48,198 bases of DNA from IMG/VR virus record IMGVR_UViG_3300011442_000004, positions 1-48,198 of that record, one strand, 5' to 3'. Made by a program: the position numbers and the translations under genes. The DNA comes from a virus. Lineage: Duplodnaviria > Caudoviricetes. The notes beneath the pieces were generated by a model. That model was given only the letters and a program-made list of their open reading frames with translations. It did not search any database and was not told the origin of the DNA. This document shows, one piece after another, positions 19,014-27,582 of this stretch (position 1 is the first letter of the stretch; every line of letters begins with the position of its first letter).

Positions 19014-19434
19014 GTTCGTTCCTCCCCCGGCACAGGGTCGAGCAGTAGCGCCGACGCGTCGGGTTATGGCAGATGATGGTGGTGCCGCACTCGACGCACG
19101 TGGCGGGCGGCAGCGGCCCTCGGTGGGCCTTGTTGTAGGCGTCAGACCGAAGGCGCCTGCGCTCGCGGACCACGGCGGGGTCCAGACGCTCACGCGGGGC
19201 GGCAACGGGGCGTAGCGGGCGTGGCGTCCTCGCCACAGCCGACTTCACCGGGCGTGCTCGCGCCGTTGTCTCTCGGCGCGCTGCGACTCCTACCGCCTCC
19301 ACAGACGGTTTGGAACTGGGGCGAGGACGCGATACGGTGAGAGAGCGGCCGACGCACCCGGAACCTCGGTCCCAAGGGCATCGGCCGCCTTCCCACATTG
19401 GAGCCCCGCACGCGGGGCACTGGAGCTGCCTCAC
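18994..19434 (-). CDS. Zinc-finger hypothetical protein
   Basis: CPACG; CVECG...RRYCSTLC; GTGA overlap with the upstream gene. Confidence 0.6.
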   Translation of the reverse strand: MRQLQCPACGAPMWEGGRCPWDRGSGCVGRSLTVSRPRPSSKPSVEAVGVAARRETTARARPVKSAVARTPRPLRPVAAPRERLDPAVVRERRRLRSDAYNKAHRGPLPPATCVECGTTIICHNPTRRRYCSTLCRGRNERARKAA

Positions 19435-19727
19435 TTCCAGAGCGGGCAGTTCGAGACGTGCACCCCGGAGCCCCAGTCCACCTTGCACGTGCAGGCCAGC
19501 TCGTTCGACACGGGGCCGAGCTGAATTGCAATTGCGAGGCGGCCGATGAGGCAGGTGCGGACCCCATCATCGAGGACGTCGTCGCGGACGCCAGCCTCGG
19601 TCAGCATCTCGTGCATGACCTTGCGCTCGCCGCGCAGCTTGCGGACGGTCGCGCGGAGCAACAGCAGCTCGGCGCTCGGCGGGGCCACGTAGCCCGAGCC
19701 GTACGGATTACCGGGGGCCACGGCCAC
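19431..19727 (-). CDS. Hypothetical protein
   Basis: AAGGAGG RBS; C-terminal CTC..H..CP. Confidence 0.65.
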   Translation of the reverse strand: MAVAPGNPYGSGYVAPPSAELLLLRATVRKLRGERKVMHEMLTEAGVRDDVLDDGVRTCLIGRLAIAIQLGPVSNELACTCKVDWGSGVHVSNCPLWK

Positions 19728-19908
19728 CCTCCTTCACCGGGGTCGGCTTGCCGAGCCCCAGCCTACGTGCGACCTGACGGGCCGCGTTCGCTACCACCTT
19801 ATCAGGGTCGTCAACCCCCGGGTGGTCGGCATCGAACAGCAGCGTGGTGCTATCCACGCTGCTGAACCCACCCTTGGGGGTGACGACGACGGTGACTTGG
19901 ACCTTCAC
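19708..19908 (-). CDS. Hypothetical protein
   Basis: GTGA overlap with the upstream stop. Confidence 0.55.
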   Translation of the reverse strand: MKVQVTVVVTPKGGFSSVDSTTLLFDADHPGVDDPDKVVANAARQVARRLGLGKPTPVKEGGRGPR

Positions 19909-20561
19909 GAGAAGTCCGGGCACTCCAGCAGGTGGCGCCCGGGGATGTGGTTCCCGCTGTCCTCGCACACGGCGACGATGGCGGGCACAGCCTCGGGGCC
20001 GACCGGCCGGAACTCGAACGACGGGACCATCTCGACCCCGTTGACGCGCGACCAGTGAGCGGTCGGGTCGCAGCCCTCAGTGGGCTCCTCGCCGAACACG
20101 TGGCCGCACATGAACCGGGTTGGCTGGCCGACGTCGTACATGTCCGGGCGAGCCGTCTGCTCGAACACGAGCTTCAGGGTCTCGTTGACCGGGTCCACGC
20201 CCATTGCAATCGGCGCCGACTTGTCGAGCCGTCGGAGGATGTTCGCTGCCGGGCCGGGAACCCGGTCGTCCAGCAGCGAGTCGTTGGCCGCCGCGTCCAG
20301 CAGGATGCCACAGCTCGCCGCGATATGGGCGATGTGGTTGAGTCCGCTATCTTCGGCGTTGTCCTGACCGTCCAGCCACGCGCTCAGGTGGCGCTGGATG
20401 GCCTCGGCGTAGGTGACAGCCGACACTGGCTGCTCCCGCCAGTTGAAGGGGCCGTACTTGGCCGCCCCGTTCGCCATGACCGGCGCGACCTCCAGCACGA
20501 GGGCTTGGGGGACGTACCGTGTTGGGGCCTTCTTAGCCCCGACGCTGTCCTTGGGGTTCAT
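19905..20561 (-). CDS. dATP/dGTP diphosphohydrolase-like protein (DUF5664-type)
   Basis: GAAKYGPFNWR...RHLSAWLDGQDNAEDSGLNHIAHIAA signature. Confidence 0.85.
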   Translation of the reverse strand: MNPKDSVGAKKAPTRYVPQALVLEVAPVMANGAAKYGPFNWREQPVSAVTYAEAIQRHLSAWLDGQDNAEDSGLNHIAHIAASCGILLDAAANDSLLDDRVPGPAANILRRLDKSAPIAMGVDPVNETLKLVFEQTARPDMYDVGQPTRFMCGHVFGEEPTEGCDPTAHWSRVNGVEMVPSFEFRPVGPEAVPAIVAVCEDSGNHIPGRHLLECPDFS

Positions 20562-20830
20562 GCGCGTACCGCCTTCCACAGGCGCCGCCAGAGCGGCACC
20601 GTCTGCCGGGCTTCGAGGGTCCACGAGAGAACGAAGGTGTCCTCGCGCTGCTCCTCAGTCACCTTGACGGTGTCCACGTCCACGGCGTAGCCGAGGGTGT
20701 GGAGCATCTTCAGCGACTCCGAGATGTTGCGCGAGAGCATGTCCCGCGCCTTGCCCAGCGTCTCATCGAAGTCCTCGACGGCATCGGGACCCGAGGTCTG
20801 GATTGCAATTGACTGGCCGAAGGTCTTCAC
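20558..20830 (-). CDS. Hypothetical protein
   Basis: Start and stop overlap the neighbours on both sides. Confidence 0.65.
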   Translation of the reverse strand: MKTFGQSIAIQTSGPDAVEDFDETLGKARDMLSRNISESLKMLHTLGYAVDVDTVKVTEEQREDTFVLSWTLEARQTVPLWRRLWKAVRA

Positions 20831-21270
20831 GCCGTCACCGCCTCGGTGTGGAAGCTGATGTCGGCCTTGCCCGACCACGCTCGCACGAGGTCGAGGAACG
20901 GGACCGGCGTCAGCTCGCCGTCGAACGTGTAGATGGTCTTGCCGTTCATGGCGGCGGCCACGAACGTCTCCAGCCGGGCGCCGCGCGAGCGGGTCCAGTT
21001 GGGTAGGACCACGATGGCGTCGATGCCACCGTCCGACAGGAGCTTGACGTCACGGGCGAGGAAGTCGCCCCACGTCTCGCCGTTGGCCGAGCCGCTGCCC
21101 GGCGCCCCGTCTGGGCTGGCCATCGCGGCTGCCCGGGTGGTCGGGTCGTCCATCTCGGCCGGGCTCGACACCGTGAACCCGGCGTCCCGGAGGGACTGGG
21201 CCATGGCGTCGAACGCGGGGAAGTTGAACTGGGGGATGCCGGTCATCGGACCGGCGACGTAGATGTGCAT
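20827..21270 (-). CDS. DUF4406 / nucleoside deoxyribosyltransferase-like protein
   Basis: IYVAGPMTGIPQFNFPAF...SPAE...LPNWTRSRGARLE. Confidence 0.85.
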   Translation of the reverse strand: MHIYVAGPMTGIPQFNFPAFDAMAQSLRDAGFTVSSPAEMDDPTTRAAAMASPDGAPGSGSANGETWGDFLARDVKLLSDGGIDAIVVLPNWTRSRGARLETFVAAAMNGKTIYTFDGELTPVPFLDLVRAWSGKADISFHTEAVTA

Positions 21271-21276
21271 GGAGCC

Positions 21277-21651
21277 TTAGCCCTCTCCGCCGAGGTCGTG
21301 GACGTCGGCATAAGCGGCGCGCGAGTCGATGTCTTCGACCCACGCACCAGCGACCGCTGCGACCTGCACCAGCTCCTCACGGAGCTTGGCGACATCGCCT
21401 TCGGCCAGAGCCTCGAAGACCTCTTCGAGGAGGATGGACGACCACGTCACCTTGCCCATGGCTGCGAGCTGGTCGCAGTAGGCTCGGGCGTCGTCGCGTA
21501 GTTTCCGGGATGCCCGAGTGTCCTCGGTCCCGTCGGGGTGGTGCTGCGGCCCCCACTTGGTGAACTGCCGCTCGCGCTCCTCGCCGATGTCGGCGAGCAC
21601 GGCCTCGGTGGAGGCAGGAGCTTCGGTGCTGAACCGGCCGGTGCCGCTCAC
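21277..21651 (-). CDS. MazG-like all-alpha NTP pyrophosphatase-family protein
   Basis: ERERQFTKWGPQ...ILLEEVFEA...LREELVQVAAVAGAWVE. Confidence 0.75.
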   Translation of the reverse strand: MSGTGRFSTEAPASTEAVLADIGEERERQFTKWGPQHHPDGTEDTRASRKLRDDARAYCDQLAAMGKVTWSSILLEEVFEALAEGDVAKLREELVQVAAVAGAWVEDIDSRAAYADVHDLGGEG

Positions 21652-22226
21652 GAGGCGGCCACCGCTGCCAGCCGGGCCTCGCGGACCGACTTGGGTTCGC
21701 CGTCACCCTCCAGCGTCACCTTGAACATGGTCCCGGCGGCGGTGTGGAAAATGACAATGCCCTCGGCAGGCGTGCCGCTGATGTTGGACCCGGCCCGGCG
21801 CAGGTGGTCGAGGCAGCCGTCGATGGCGTCCTGCGACCACGGCCCCTCATAGAGCTTCGGCACGGTGCCGACCTCGGGCAGGGACATCTCGGCGAACGCG
21901 ACGGGCTCGTATCGGGCGACGTTGAACAGGGCGAACCGGCGGTCGGTCAGCCCGTAGCCGCGCTGGATGCCCTTGCCGTACCACTCGCCGAAGTGCAGGC
22001 CGGTGCCGAGCGCGTACGCCAGCTCCGCCTGATGGTCGAGGACCCAGCGGGCGAACCCGAAGTTGTCGTCGGCGGGGGTGATGAGCCGGGTCCGGGACTG
22101 CGCGTACGCGAACCCGTCCTCGGTGATGCCGATGGCGGCGTTGGTGCCGTCCACCTTCTCCGTGATGACAATGTCACGGTTGAGCCGGGCCAGCTTGGGC
22201 CACGGCTTGAACTCGATGTCGGTCAC
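21648..22226 (-). CDS. RNA ligase (Rnl2-like nucleotidyltransferase domain)
   Basis: TEKVDGTN motif I, SRTR, FGEWYG, FALFNV, EGIVI, FK. Confidence 0.85.
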   Translation of the reverse strand: MTDIEFKPWPKLARLNRDIVITEKVDGTNAAIGITEDGFAYAQSRTRLITPADDNFGFARWVLDHQAELAYALGTGLHFGEWYGKGIQRGYGLTDRRFALFNVARYEPVAFAEMSLPEVGTVPKLYEGPWSQDAIDGCLDHLRRAGSNISGTPAEGIVIFHTAAGTMFKVTLEGDGEPKSVREARLAAVAAS

Positions 22227-22609
22227 TTCGCTCCTTCTGCGGCACGCCGCTTGTTCTCACGCCGCTCGACCGCGAGGGTCAACAGCTTCGACGGCTGCGG
22301 TGTCCGGGCGACCCGCAGGATGACGGCCCGATGGCGACGCTGCCGTCGGGTCTTGGGGAACAGGAACTTCTGCTGGTCGAAGTGGCGCCGCGCGTAGCGA
22401 CGGGGCAGGTCGGCCGGGAGCCCGAGCGCCTGCTGGTCCCACTTCCAGATGGAGCCCCACAGCTTGGCCCAGCGCCGGGTGGCGCGGTTGTGGAGGGCGG
22501 GCGACTCCCAGACCTCGGCCGGTGTCAGCAGCGCGGGCGGCTTGGGCTTGTCGGGCGCCTGCTCGCTCCGAGCGAACGGGTTGCGGATGTTCAGCTTCAC
22601 GATAGCCAC
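22223..22609 (-). CDS. Basic hypothetical protein
   Basis: AAGGAG RBS; overlaps neighbours. Confidence 0.65.
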   Translation of the reverse strand: MAIVKLNIRNPFARSEQAPDKPKPPALLTPAEVWESPALHNRATRRWAKLWGSIWKWDQQALGLPADLPRRYARRHFDQQKFLFPKTRRQRRHRAVILRVARTPQPSKLLTLAVERRENKRRAAEGAK

Positions 22610-22929
22610 TCCTTCGAGACGATGCTCGGCTTCCAGATGACCTGAGCGTTGAGGTACTGCTCGGACTGGCCCATGCCCTCCATGGCACGGGTCCCGGCGA
22701 CCATGACGACATTGTCATTCTCGCCGAGCCAGAGCCCGATGGTCTCGACGGTGGCGACGTCGGTCGGGATTTCCGACATGAGCATCCAGCCGTCGTGCGC
22801 CGCGAGCCCGCTGTCAATCCAGCGCACCCGGACGGCGCGACCGAGGTCAGCGTCCTCGCTGATGGACTCGGCGATGACCGCTTCGAGCGGGTCCGCCTTG
22901 AACTGCTCGGGGAGGATGGACTCACCCAT
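22597..22929 (-). CDS. Hypothetical protein (VRWIDS..GW..TIG family, Sm-like fold possible)
   Basis: Common small phage protein pattern. Confidence 0.7.
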   Translation of the reverse strand: MGESILPEQFKADPLEAVIAESISEDADLGRAVRVRWIDSGLAAHDGWMLMSEIPTDVATVETIGLWLGENDNVVMVAGTRAMEGMGQSEQYLNAQVIWKPSIVSKEWLS

Positions 22930-23179
22930 CGAGCCAGTCCCGCATCCCGCCGAAGTCCTGCCCGACGGGCTGGACCCAGCTCTTGGCCTGCGCCCACATG
23001 CGAGCCCGCTCGTCCTTGTTCGGCAGCCGTCCGGCCTCCTTCATGCGGGCGTCGCGCACCGCAGCGACCGAGTCGGGGCTGAGCCTCGACGTGGCCTGCG
23101 CGTAGAGCGCATCGACCCGAGCCCACTTGGCGGCCAGCGCCTCGGCGGTCTCGGGGATGGGGATGAATTCGTCGGTCAT
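22922..23179 (-). CDS. Hypothetical protein
   Basis: GAGGAG RBS. Confidence 0.7.
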   Translation of the reverse strand: MTDEFIPIPETAEALAAKWARVDALYAQATSRLSPDSVAAVRDARMKEAGRLPNKDERARMWAQAKSWVQPVGQDFGGMRDWLDG

Positions 23180-23207
23180 GCGTGCTCTCCTCTCAATTGC
23201 AATTGGT

Positions 23208-23291
23208 GTGCTCGGCTGCGGTAGCCCTTCCGCACCCCCGGGAGGAGGCAGAGGCGGGAGGGGCTACCGGAGCCGAGCACGGTGGCTCCGG
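23208..23291. repeat. Long intergenic inverted repeat with an alternative hairpin
   Basis: GTGCTCGGCT.CGGTAGCCC..CCGC pairs with GCGG..GGGCTACCG.AGCCGAGCAC; competing helix CCGGAGCC/GGCTCCGG. Confidence 0.8.
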
Positions 23292-23297
23292 GTTGAA

Positions 23298-23981
23298 CTA
23301 GCGGCGGCCGTACGGTCGCTTGAACTTCCAGACCAGCAGGTAGGCTGCGGTCCCGATGGCGGCCAGCAGGAACAGCGTGCCGTTACTCGGTGCGGAAGGG
23401 GTCGTGGTGGGCTCGGTGTCCGTCGGCGGCGCCGTCACGGTGACGACAGGCGGGACCGACGAGGACGTTGTAGGGGTGGGGGTCGGGCTGGAGGGCGTCG
23501 ATGACGGCGCCGGGGTCTCGCTCGGAGACGTACTCGGCGAGGGCAGCGGCGTCGGCTCGACGCTGGGCTCCGCGCTGGGCGTGGGCGAGGGCTCGACGGA
23601 CGGCTCGACGGACGGTGTTGCGGATGGCTCGACCTCCTTCGGGGTGCACACGATGATGTGGCTGATGTCCTTGTTGGACGCCGTCAGGTAGAGGTTGCCG
23701 GGCGTCGGGTCCACGAACACGTCGTTGACGAGAGCCGACTTCAGGATGAGGGCGACGTAGTCGCCGGGGCTGAGGACGACGCCGTCCGTGCCGACCCAGA
23801 GGTCCACGGGCGCCGACTGGTCGAACGGCTCGTACTTGACGCACGTGGCCGGAACGTCGAACTGGTTCTCCCAGTTCTCGGCATGGTTGCCGTCGCTGCC
23901 GCCGGGATAGGCGGATGCGCTGCCCGCGAGGGCGATGGCGAGGACGGCCCCGAGGACCGCTGCGGTACGGATGAGCTTCAA
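23298..23981 (-). CDS. Secreted, C-terminally anchored surface protein
   Basis: TTG start after AAGGGG; signal peptide ending ASA; P/S/T-rich stalk; PPTDT; TM helix; basic tail. Confidence 0.75.
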   Translation of the reverse strand: MKLIRTAAVLGAVLAIALAGSASAYPGGSDGNHAENWENQFDVPATCVKYEPFDQSAPVDLWVGTDGVVLSPGDYVALILKSALVNDVFVDPTPGNLYLTASNKDISHIIVCTPKEVEPSATPSVEPSVEPSPTPSAEPSVEPTPLPSPSTSPSETPAPSSTPSSPTPTPTTSSSVPPVVTVTAPPTDTEPTTTPSAPSNGTLFLLAAIGTAAYLLVWKFKRPYGRR

Positions 23982-24148
23982 GGCTTTCCCCTTCGTGGTG
24001 GAGCTATCTTGCTCCTGTGGTGAAGTGTAGCACGTCTTGTCAACTACACTAGACTCCCCCAACACGACGTCCGTGCAGTGGTGGCGGCTGCGCCAGTGGT
24101 CAGCGAGGGGCGGGCGCTCGGCCAGCCGGTCCCGCCACGTCTGGCCGC

Positions 24149-24700
24149 TCATGCGTCGAGGACCATGCCCCGGAACCGGACGTAGCCGCCCCGGTCCAGC
24201 GTCAGGCCCTTGCCGAAGTTGACCGTGGTGTCGGGCTCGGGCAGGAACTCGCCCTGCACCAGCTCCTTGTACGTGGCCGGGTTCAGGATGCCCATGACCT
24301 GCCGGTCCATCTCGGCCGCCGCGTTCTCGCCGATGCGCTGCGCGGCCTGCCTAATCATGTCAGCGGTGAGGACGCTGCCCGATTGCAATGCGTCCTTCGG
24401 GACCTCGGGGTCGATGGAGTAACTGCCGGTGTACCCCGCCAGCTTTGCAACGGCCGCGATGTCAGCGTCGGTCGCCCCGGCCGCGCGGAGCTTGGCCTTG
24501 GCCTTGTCCTCCTTGGTGGCTGACTCGGCCGCAACGGCCAGCTCGTTGAGGCGGGACACCGCTCGGGCATCCTCGACCTTGGCGCCCTGCGACACGGCGT
24601 ACGCCTCGGTCCCCTCGTTGCACTGCCAGCAGTCGGCGTGCTTGCAGGGCTGGCGGCACAGGCCGGAGCACAGGTTCCCGGAGTGCGGCACCATCGTCAT
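24149..24700 (-). CDS. Hypothetical protein, Cys-rich N-terminus
   Basis: ATGA overlap with the upstream stop. Confidence 0.65.
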   Translation of the reverse strand: MTMVPHSGNLCSGLCRQPCKHADCWQCNEGTEAYAVSQGAKVEDARAVSRLNELAVAAESATKEDKAKAKLRAAGATDADIAAVAKLAGYTGSYSIDPEVPKDALQSGSVLTADMIRQAAQRIGENAAAEMDRQVMGILNPATYKELVQGEFLPEPDTTVNFGKGLTLDRGGYVRFRGMVLDA

Positions 24701-24921
24701 CGGAGCACCAGCGCGAGCGTCCACACGGTGAGCGCCCACGGCAGCATGTCGGCCACGTGCTGTCGGGCCTTGAAGGTGCCGCGCGAGTTCAGGACTGCCG
24801 ACCACAGCATTACAATGACGCCAGCTCCGAGCACAGCTCGGGCGATGGTGCCATCGAACCCCAACAGCGCGAGCAGGCCGAGCAGTCCCGGCGCCCACAG
24901 CAGGGGGAGGAGCATGACCAT
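24697..24921 (-). CDS. Small membrane protein
   Basis: About three hydrophobic segments. Confidence 0.65.
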   Translation of the reverse strand: MVMLLPLLWAPGLLGLLALLGFDGTIARAVLGAGVIVMLWSAVLNSRGTFKARQHVADMLPWALTVWTLALVLR

Positions 24922-24927
24922 GGCGGT

Positions 24928-25479
24928 CTACCTCTCGAACTTGTTGCAGTCGGGGCAGCCGATGTAGGGGCGCCCGGCCTTGGAGGTCTTCCCGATGCCG
25001 GGCTTCCCGTGGTCGGGGCAGACCCAGTCGGTGACGGGCGGCTCGGCCGCCGTCGGGTGGAGCAGATGGTCTTCGGCGTCGGGGTGCTTGAAGGTGGCCT
25101 CCTGCGCCGCCTTCTGCTTGGCCTCGAAGTCGCGGGCGAACGCCTTCGCGTCACCCTCGGCCTCGCGCGCCTTTCGCTCTGCGTCGAGGTCCACGACCTT
25201 GTCGTCGGTGGAGTCGCCGAGATAGGTTCCGCTCACCATGACGTCGATGCCGTCGGCAATTGCAATGGCGTCCACGGCGAACTTGCGTAGCGCCTTGGCG
25301 TGGTTGTGCAGCGCCTCGTTCGACATGAACACGCCGACGTCGTTCGGCAGCGGCAGCTCGGCGGCTCCGGCCTCCCCCGCCACGGGGGTCAGCTTGCGGG
25401 CCTCGGTCTTCTTTCCTTGCATGACCTCAGCGGTCAGTGCGGCGAGGGCGGACTGCCCGCCCTTCTTCTCGTCGGTCAT
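24928..25479 (-). CDS. Hypothetical protein with C-terminal zinc ribbon
   Basis: CPDHG...YIGCPDC; GGAGA RBS. Confidence 0.75.
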   Translation of the reverse strand: MTDEKKGGQSALAALTAEVMQGKKTEARKLTPVAGEAGAAELPLPNDVGVFMSNEALHNHAKALRKFAVDAIAIADGIDVMVSGTYLGDSTDDKVVDLDAERKAREAEGDAKAFARDFEAKQKAAQEATFKHPDAEDHLLHPTAAEPPVTDWVCPDHGKPGIGKTSKAGRPYIGCPDCNKFER

Positions 25480-25482
25480 GGC

Positions 25483-26571
25483 TTATCTCCAGTCGCTAGG
25501 TGCGCTGCCCGAGACGGACTCGGTGAACAGCGCGGTGGGGTGTTCGTTGGTGAGCAGGAAGCGGGCGAGGGCAATCTCCCCGAAGAACGCGAGGCTCACG
25601 TCCTCACGATACTCGAAGCTGTCAACCTCCCACCCGTCCGGGCGGATTTTGATGATGTTCCCGTGCATCGTGGCACGGAGGAGCTTGCTCAGGCGGTCGT
25701 CAATCTGGTCGCCCGACCCGATGAACGTCCCGGCGAGGTAGGCGGTGCCCTGCACCACGTGGCCGGTGTACACGTCGGGGCTCGTCTTCCAGTCGCCCAG
25801 TGACAGGCGCCCGCCGATGGCCGCGATGATGGCGGTGTTGATGCGCCCGGCGTCGGCCTCCTTCTGCCAGTAGTCGGAGCGGTTGGCCTCGGACGGCGGG
25901 AGGAACCAGAGCAGGACGTCGGCGGACCCGGCGTACCCGACCTTCAGGTTCCAGACCTGCGGCTCCTGCGCGAGGATGACGAACGGCACGGCCGACCGCA
26001 TCTCCCAGTAGTTGACCATGCAGTTCCCGACGAAGTCGATGTCCTCGTCGGTCACGGTCGGCAGCACCTTGCGCTTCTCCTGACCCCACTGCTGGTCGAA
26101 GTACCAGCGGATGATGTCCTCGGAGAGCTGCTTCATCGGCACGCCAATTTCAATGAGCTTGTGGGTCACGCTCCCTCGAACAGCGGCGATGTCGCGCGGC
26201 TCGTCGGCGGTGGATTGGAACCACTCGCGCAGGTCGCGTAGCTGCTGCTCGTCGCCGTTGGTGGCCAGCATCCGGGTGACGAACTCGCCGGGGAACGGGC
26301 CGTCTTTCTTGTAGCCCTTGACCAGCCGCCCTCGGGTGGACTTGGAGTAGTCGCGCCACTCCGCCCGGCGCTGGCCGATGGCGAGGTTCGTCAGGTTGTT
26401 GTTCTGCCATCGCTGGAGCTGGTACGGGATGCCCACCACGCTCCGGGCTGCGGTCACGCTGATGACCATGGCTCGCTCAGTTGCGCCGTACTCGCGGTGG
26501 AGGTCGGTGTCCCCGCCCGGCCACTCGTACATGCGGAACCCGGCGGCGTTGGAGCTGGCGTTGACCGGCAT
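25483..26571 (-). CDS. PD-(D/E)XK exonuclease-like protein
   Basis: ISVT, RGSVTHKLIE, E..V..GYAGSAD, GDWKTS, Q..AY motifs. Confidence 0.8.
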   Translation of the reverse strand: MPVNASSNAAGFRMYEWPGGDTDLHREYGATERAMVISVTAARSVVGIPYQLQRWQNNNLTNLAIGQRRAEWRDYSKSTRGRLVKGYKKDGPFPGEFVTRMLATNGDEQQLRDLREWFQSTADEPRDIAAVRGSVTHKLIEIGVPMKQLSEDIIRWYFDQQWGQEKRKVLPTVTDEDIDFVGNCMVNYWEMRSAVPFVILAQEPQVWNLKVGYAGSADVLLWFLPPSEANRSDYWQKEADAGRINTAIIAAIGGRLSLGDWKTSPDVYTGHVVQGTAYLAGTFIGSGDQIDDRLSKLLRATMHGNIIKIRPDGWEVDSFEYREDVSLAFFGEIALARFLLTNEHPTALFTESVSGSAPSDWR

Positions 26572-26927
26572 TACAATCCCGCCCGCTCTCGCGCTGTGGC
26601 TGTAGAGATGAGGCCCACGTTGAGCTGCTGCATGGTGGACATGAGCATGGCCATGGCCTGCACGCTGTCGGGCTTCAGAGCCGGGTCGTCCCATGACGCG
26701 CGGTCCCGGGTCCAGCACCGGCTGAACTTGGGGATGCCCAGCAATCGGGCGGCAGCGTCGAGGTCCACCTGCTCGCACGGGGGGAGCCGCTTCAGGCTAT
26801 CGACGTGGTTGGCTTCAGCGACTTCGCACGGGGAGTCGCCGGTCGTGTACCACGTCCCGCCGCAGAGCGTCTTCCCGTTCTCGTACTTGTGCAGCACGAC
26901 CGGGTCGCTCGGGTCCACGCCGCTCAC
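26571..26927 (-). CDS. Hypothetical protein
   Basis: GGAGG RBS; GTGA and TAATG overlaps. Confidence 0.65.
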   Translation of the reverse strand: MSGVDPSDPVVLHKYENGKTLCGGTWYTTGDSPCEVAEANHVDSLKRLPPCEQVDLDAAARLLGIPKFSRCWTRDRASWDDPALKPDSVQAMAMLMSTMQQLNVGLISTATARERAGL

Positions 26928-27340
26928 TTGATGAGCCTCCGATTGGGGCGGCCAGAGTCGCGGACGGCCCACTCGTTGGGGTCGATGCCATCGGCCTGTC
27001 GCGCGCCGCCGATGGGCGGGCGGTACGGGGCGCCGTGCTCGCGGCACACGTTCCACTTCGGACCCTGCGAGTTGCCGAACTGGATTTCCACGACGCCCTC
27101 CCACGGGCACGGGTTGATGTCGCGCTCGTCCGGTGACTCCGGGCGACGGCAGCCGATGAGGCGATGCACTGCGGCGAGGTCAGCGGCAGAAGCGCGCTCG
27201 CGCTCGACGGTACCCGGGACGGTGGTCTCGGCCGTGCGCCCGAAGGTCCCCTGCTGCAAGTGCGGGAGGGGCGCCCGGAGTTGGGCTTCGACCTGCTCGC
27301 CGACCAGCTTTGCGACCTCGTCGCTGAACAGGTTGCTCAC
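26924..27340 (-). CDS. Hypothetical protein whose N-terminus resembles the major capsid N-terminus
   Basis: FSDEVAKLVGEQVEAQLRAPLPHLQQGTF vs capsid FNQTVVALVNKRLEELLRAPLPHLLPGNF; C-terminal Cys/His cluster. Confidence 0.75.
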   Translation of the reverse strand: MSNLFSDEVAKLVGEQVEAQLRAPLPHLQQGTFGRTAETTVPGTVERERASAADLAAVHRLIGCRRPESPDERDINPCPWEGVVEIQFGNSQGPKWNVCREHGAPYRPPIGGARQADGIDPNEWAVRDSGRPNRRLIK

Positions 27341-27582
27341 GCGACGGAGTCGGTGAGCGCGAGCATTGCAATGGCGAGGAGCGCGAAGAGTAGAGCTGGC
27401 GTCCAGACGGACCCGAGGCCGATGGCCACGAAGGCGATGAGGAACAGCGTGGGCCGACGGACCCGGCTGCCGCCCTGCCCCGTGACAGCCGTGGCGTAGA
27501 ACTCGTGGCCGGACTCGATGATGTCCTTCACCTTGGCGCCGATGGCGTTGGGCTCAGGCTTCTCGATGTGCGTCGTCACCAT
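27337..27582 (-). CDS. Small membrane protein (2 TM)
   Basis: AAAGGAG RBS; hydrophobic C-terminal half. Confidence 0.7.
   Translation of the reverse strand: MVTTHIEKPEPNAIGAKVKDIIESGHEFYATAVTGQGGSRVRRPTLFLIAFVAIGLGSVWTPALLFALLAIAMLALTDSVA

Noticed and set aside
19905-21651. Z-genome or deazaguanine modification pathway
   Set aside because: No PurZ, Que/Dpd genes or dedicated polymerase; heavy restriction-site avoidance argues against globally modified DNA.
23460-23640. Short DNA repeats (GGCTCGAC...)
   Set aside because: Explained by the PSVEPS low-complexity protein stalk.
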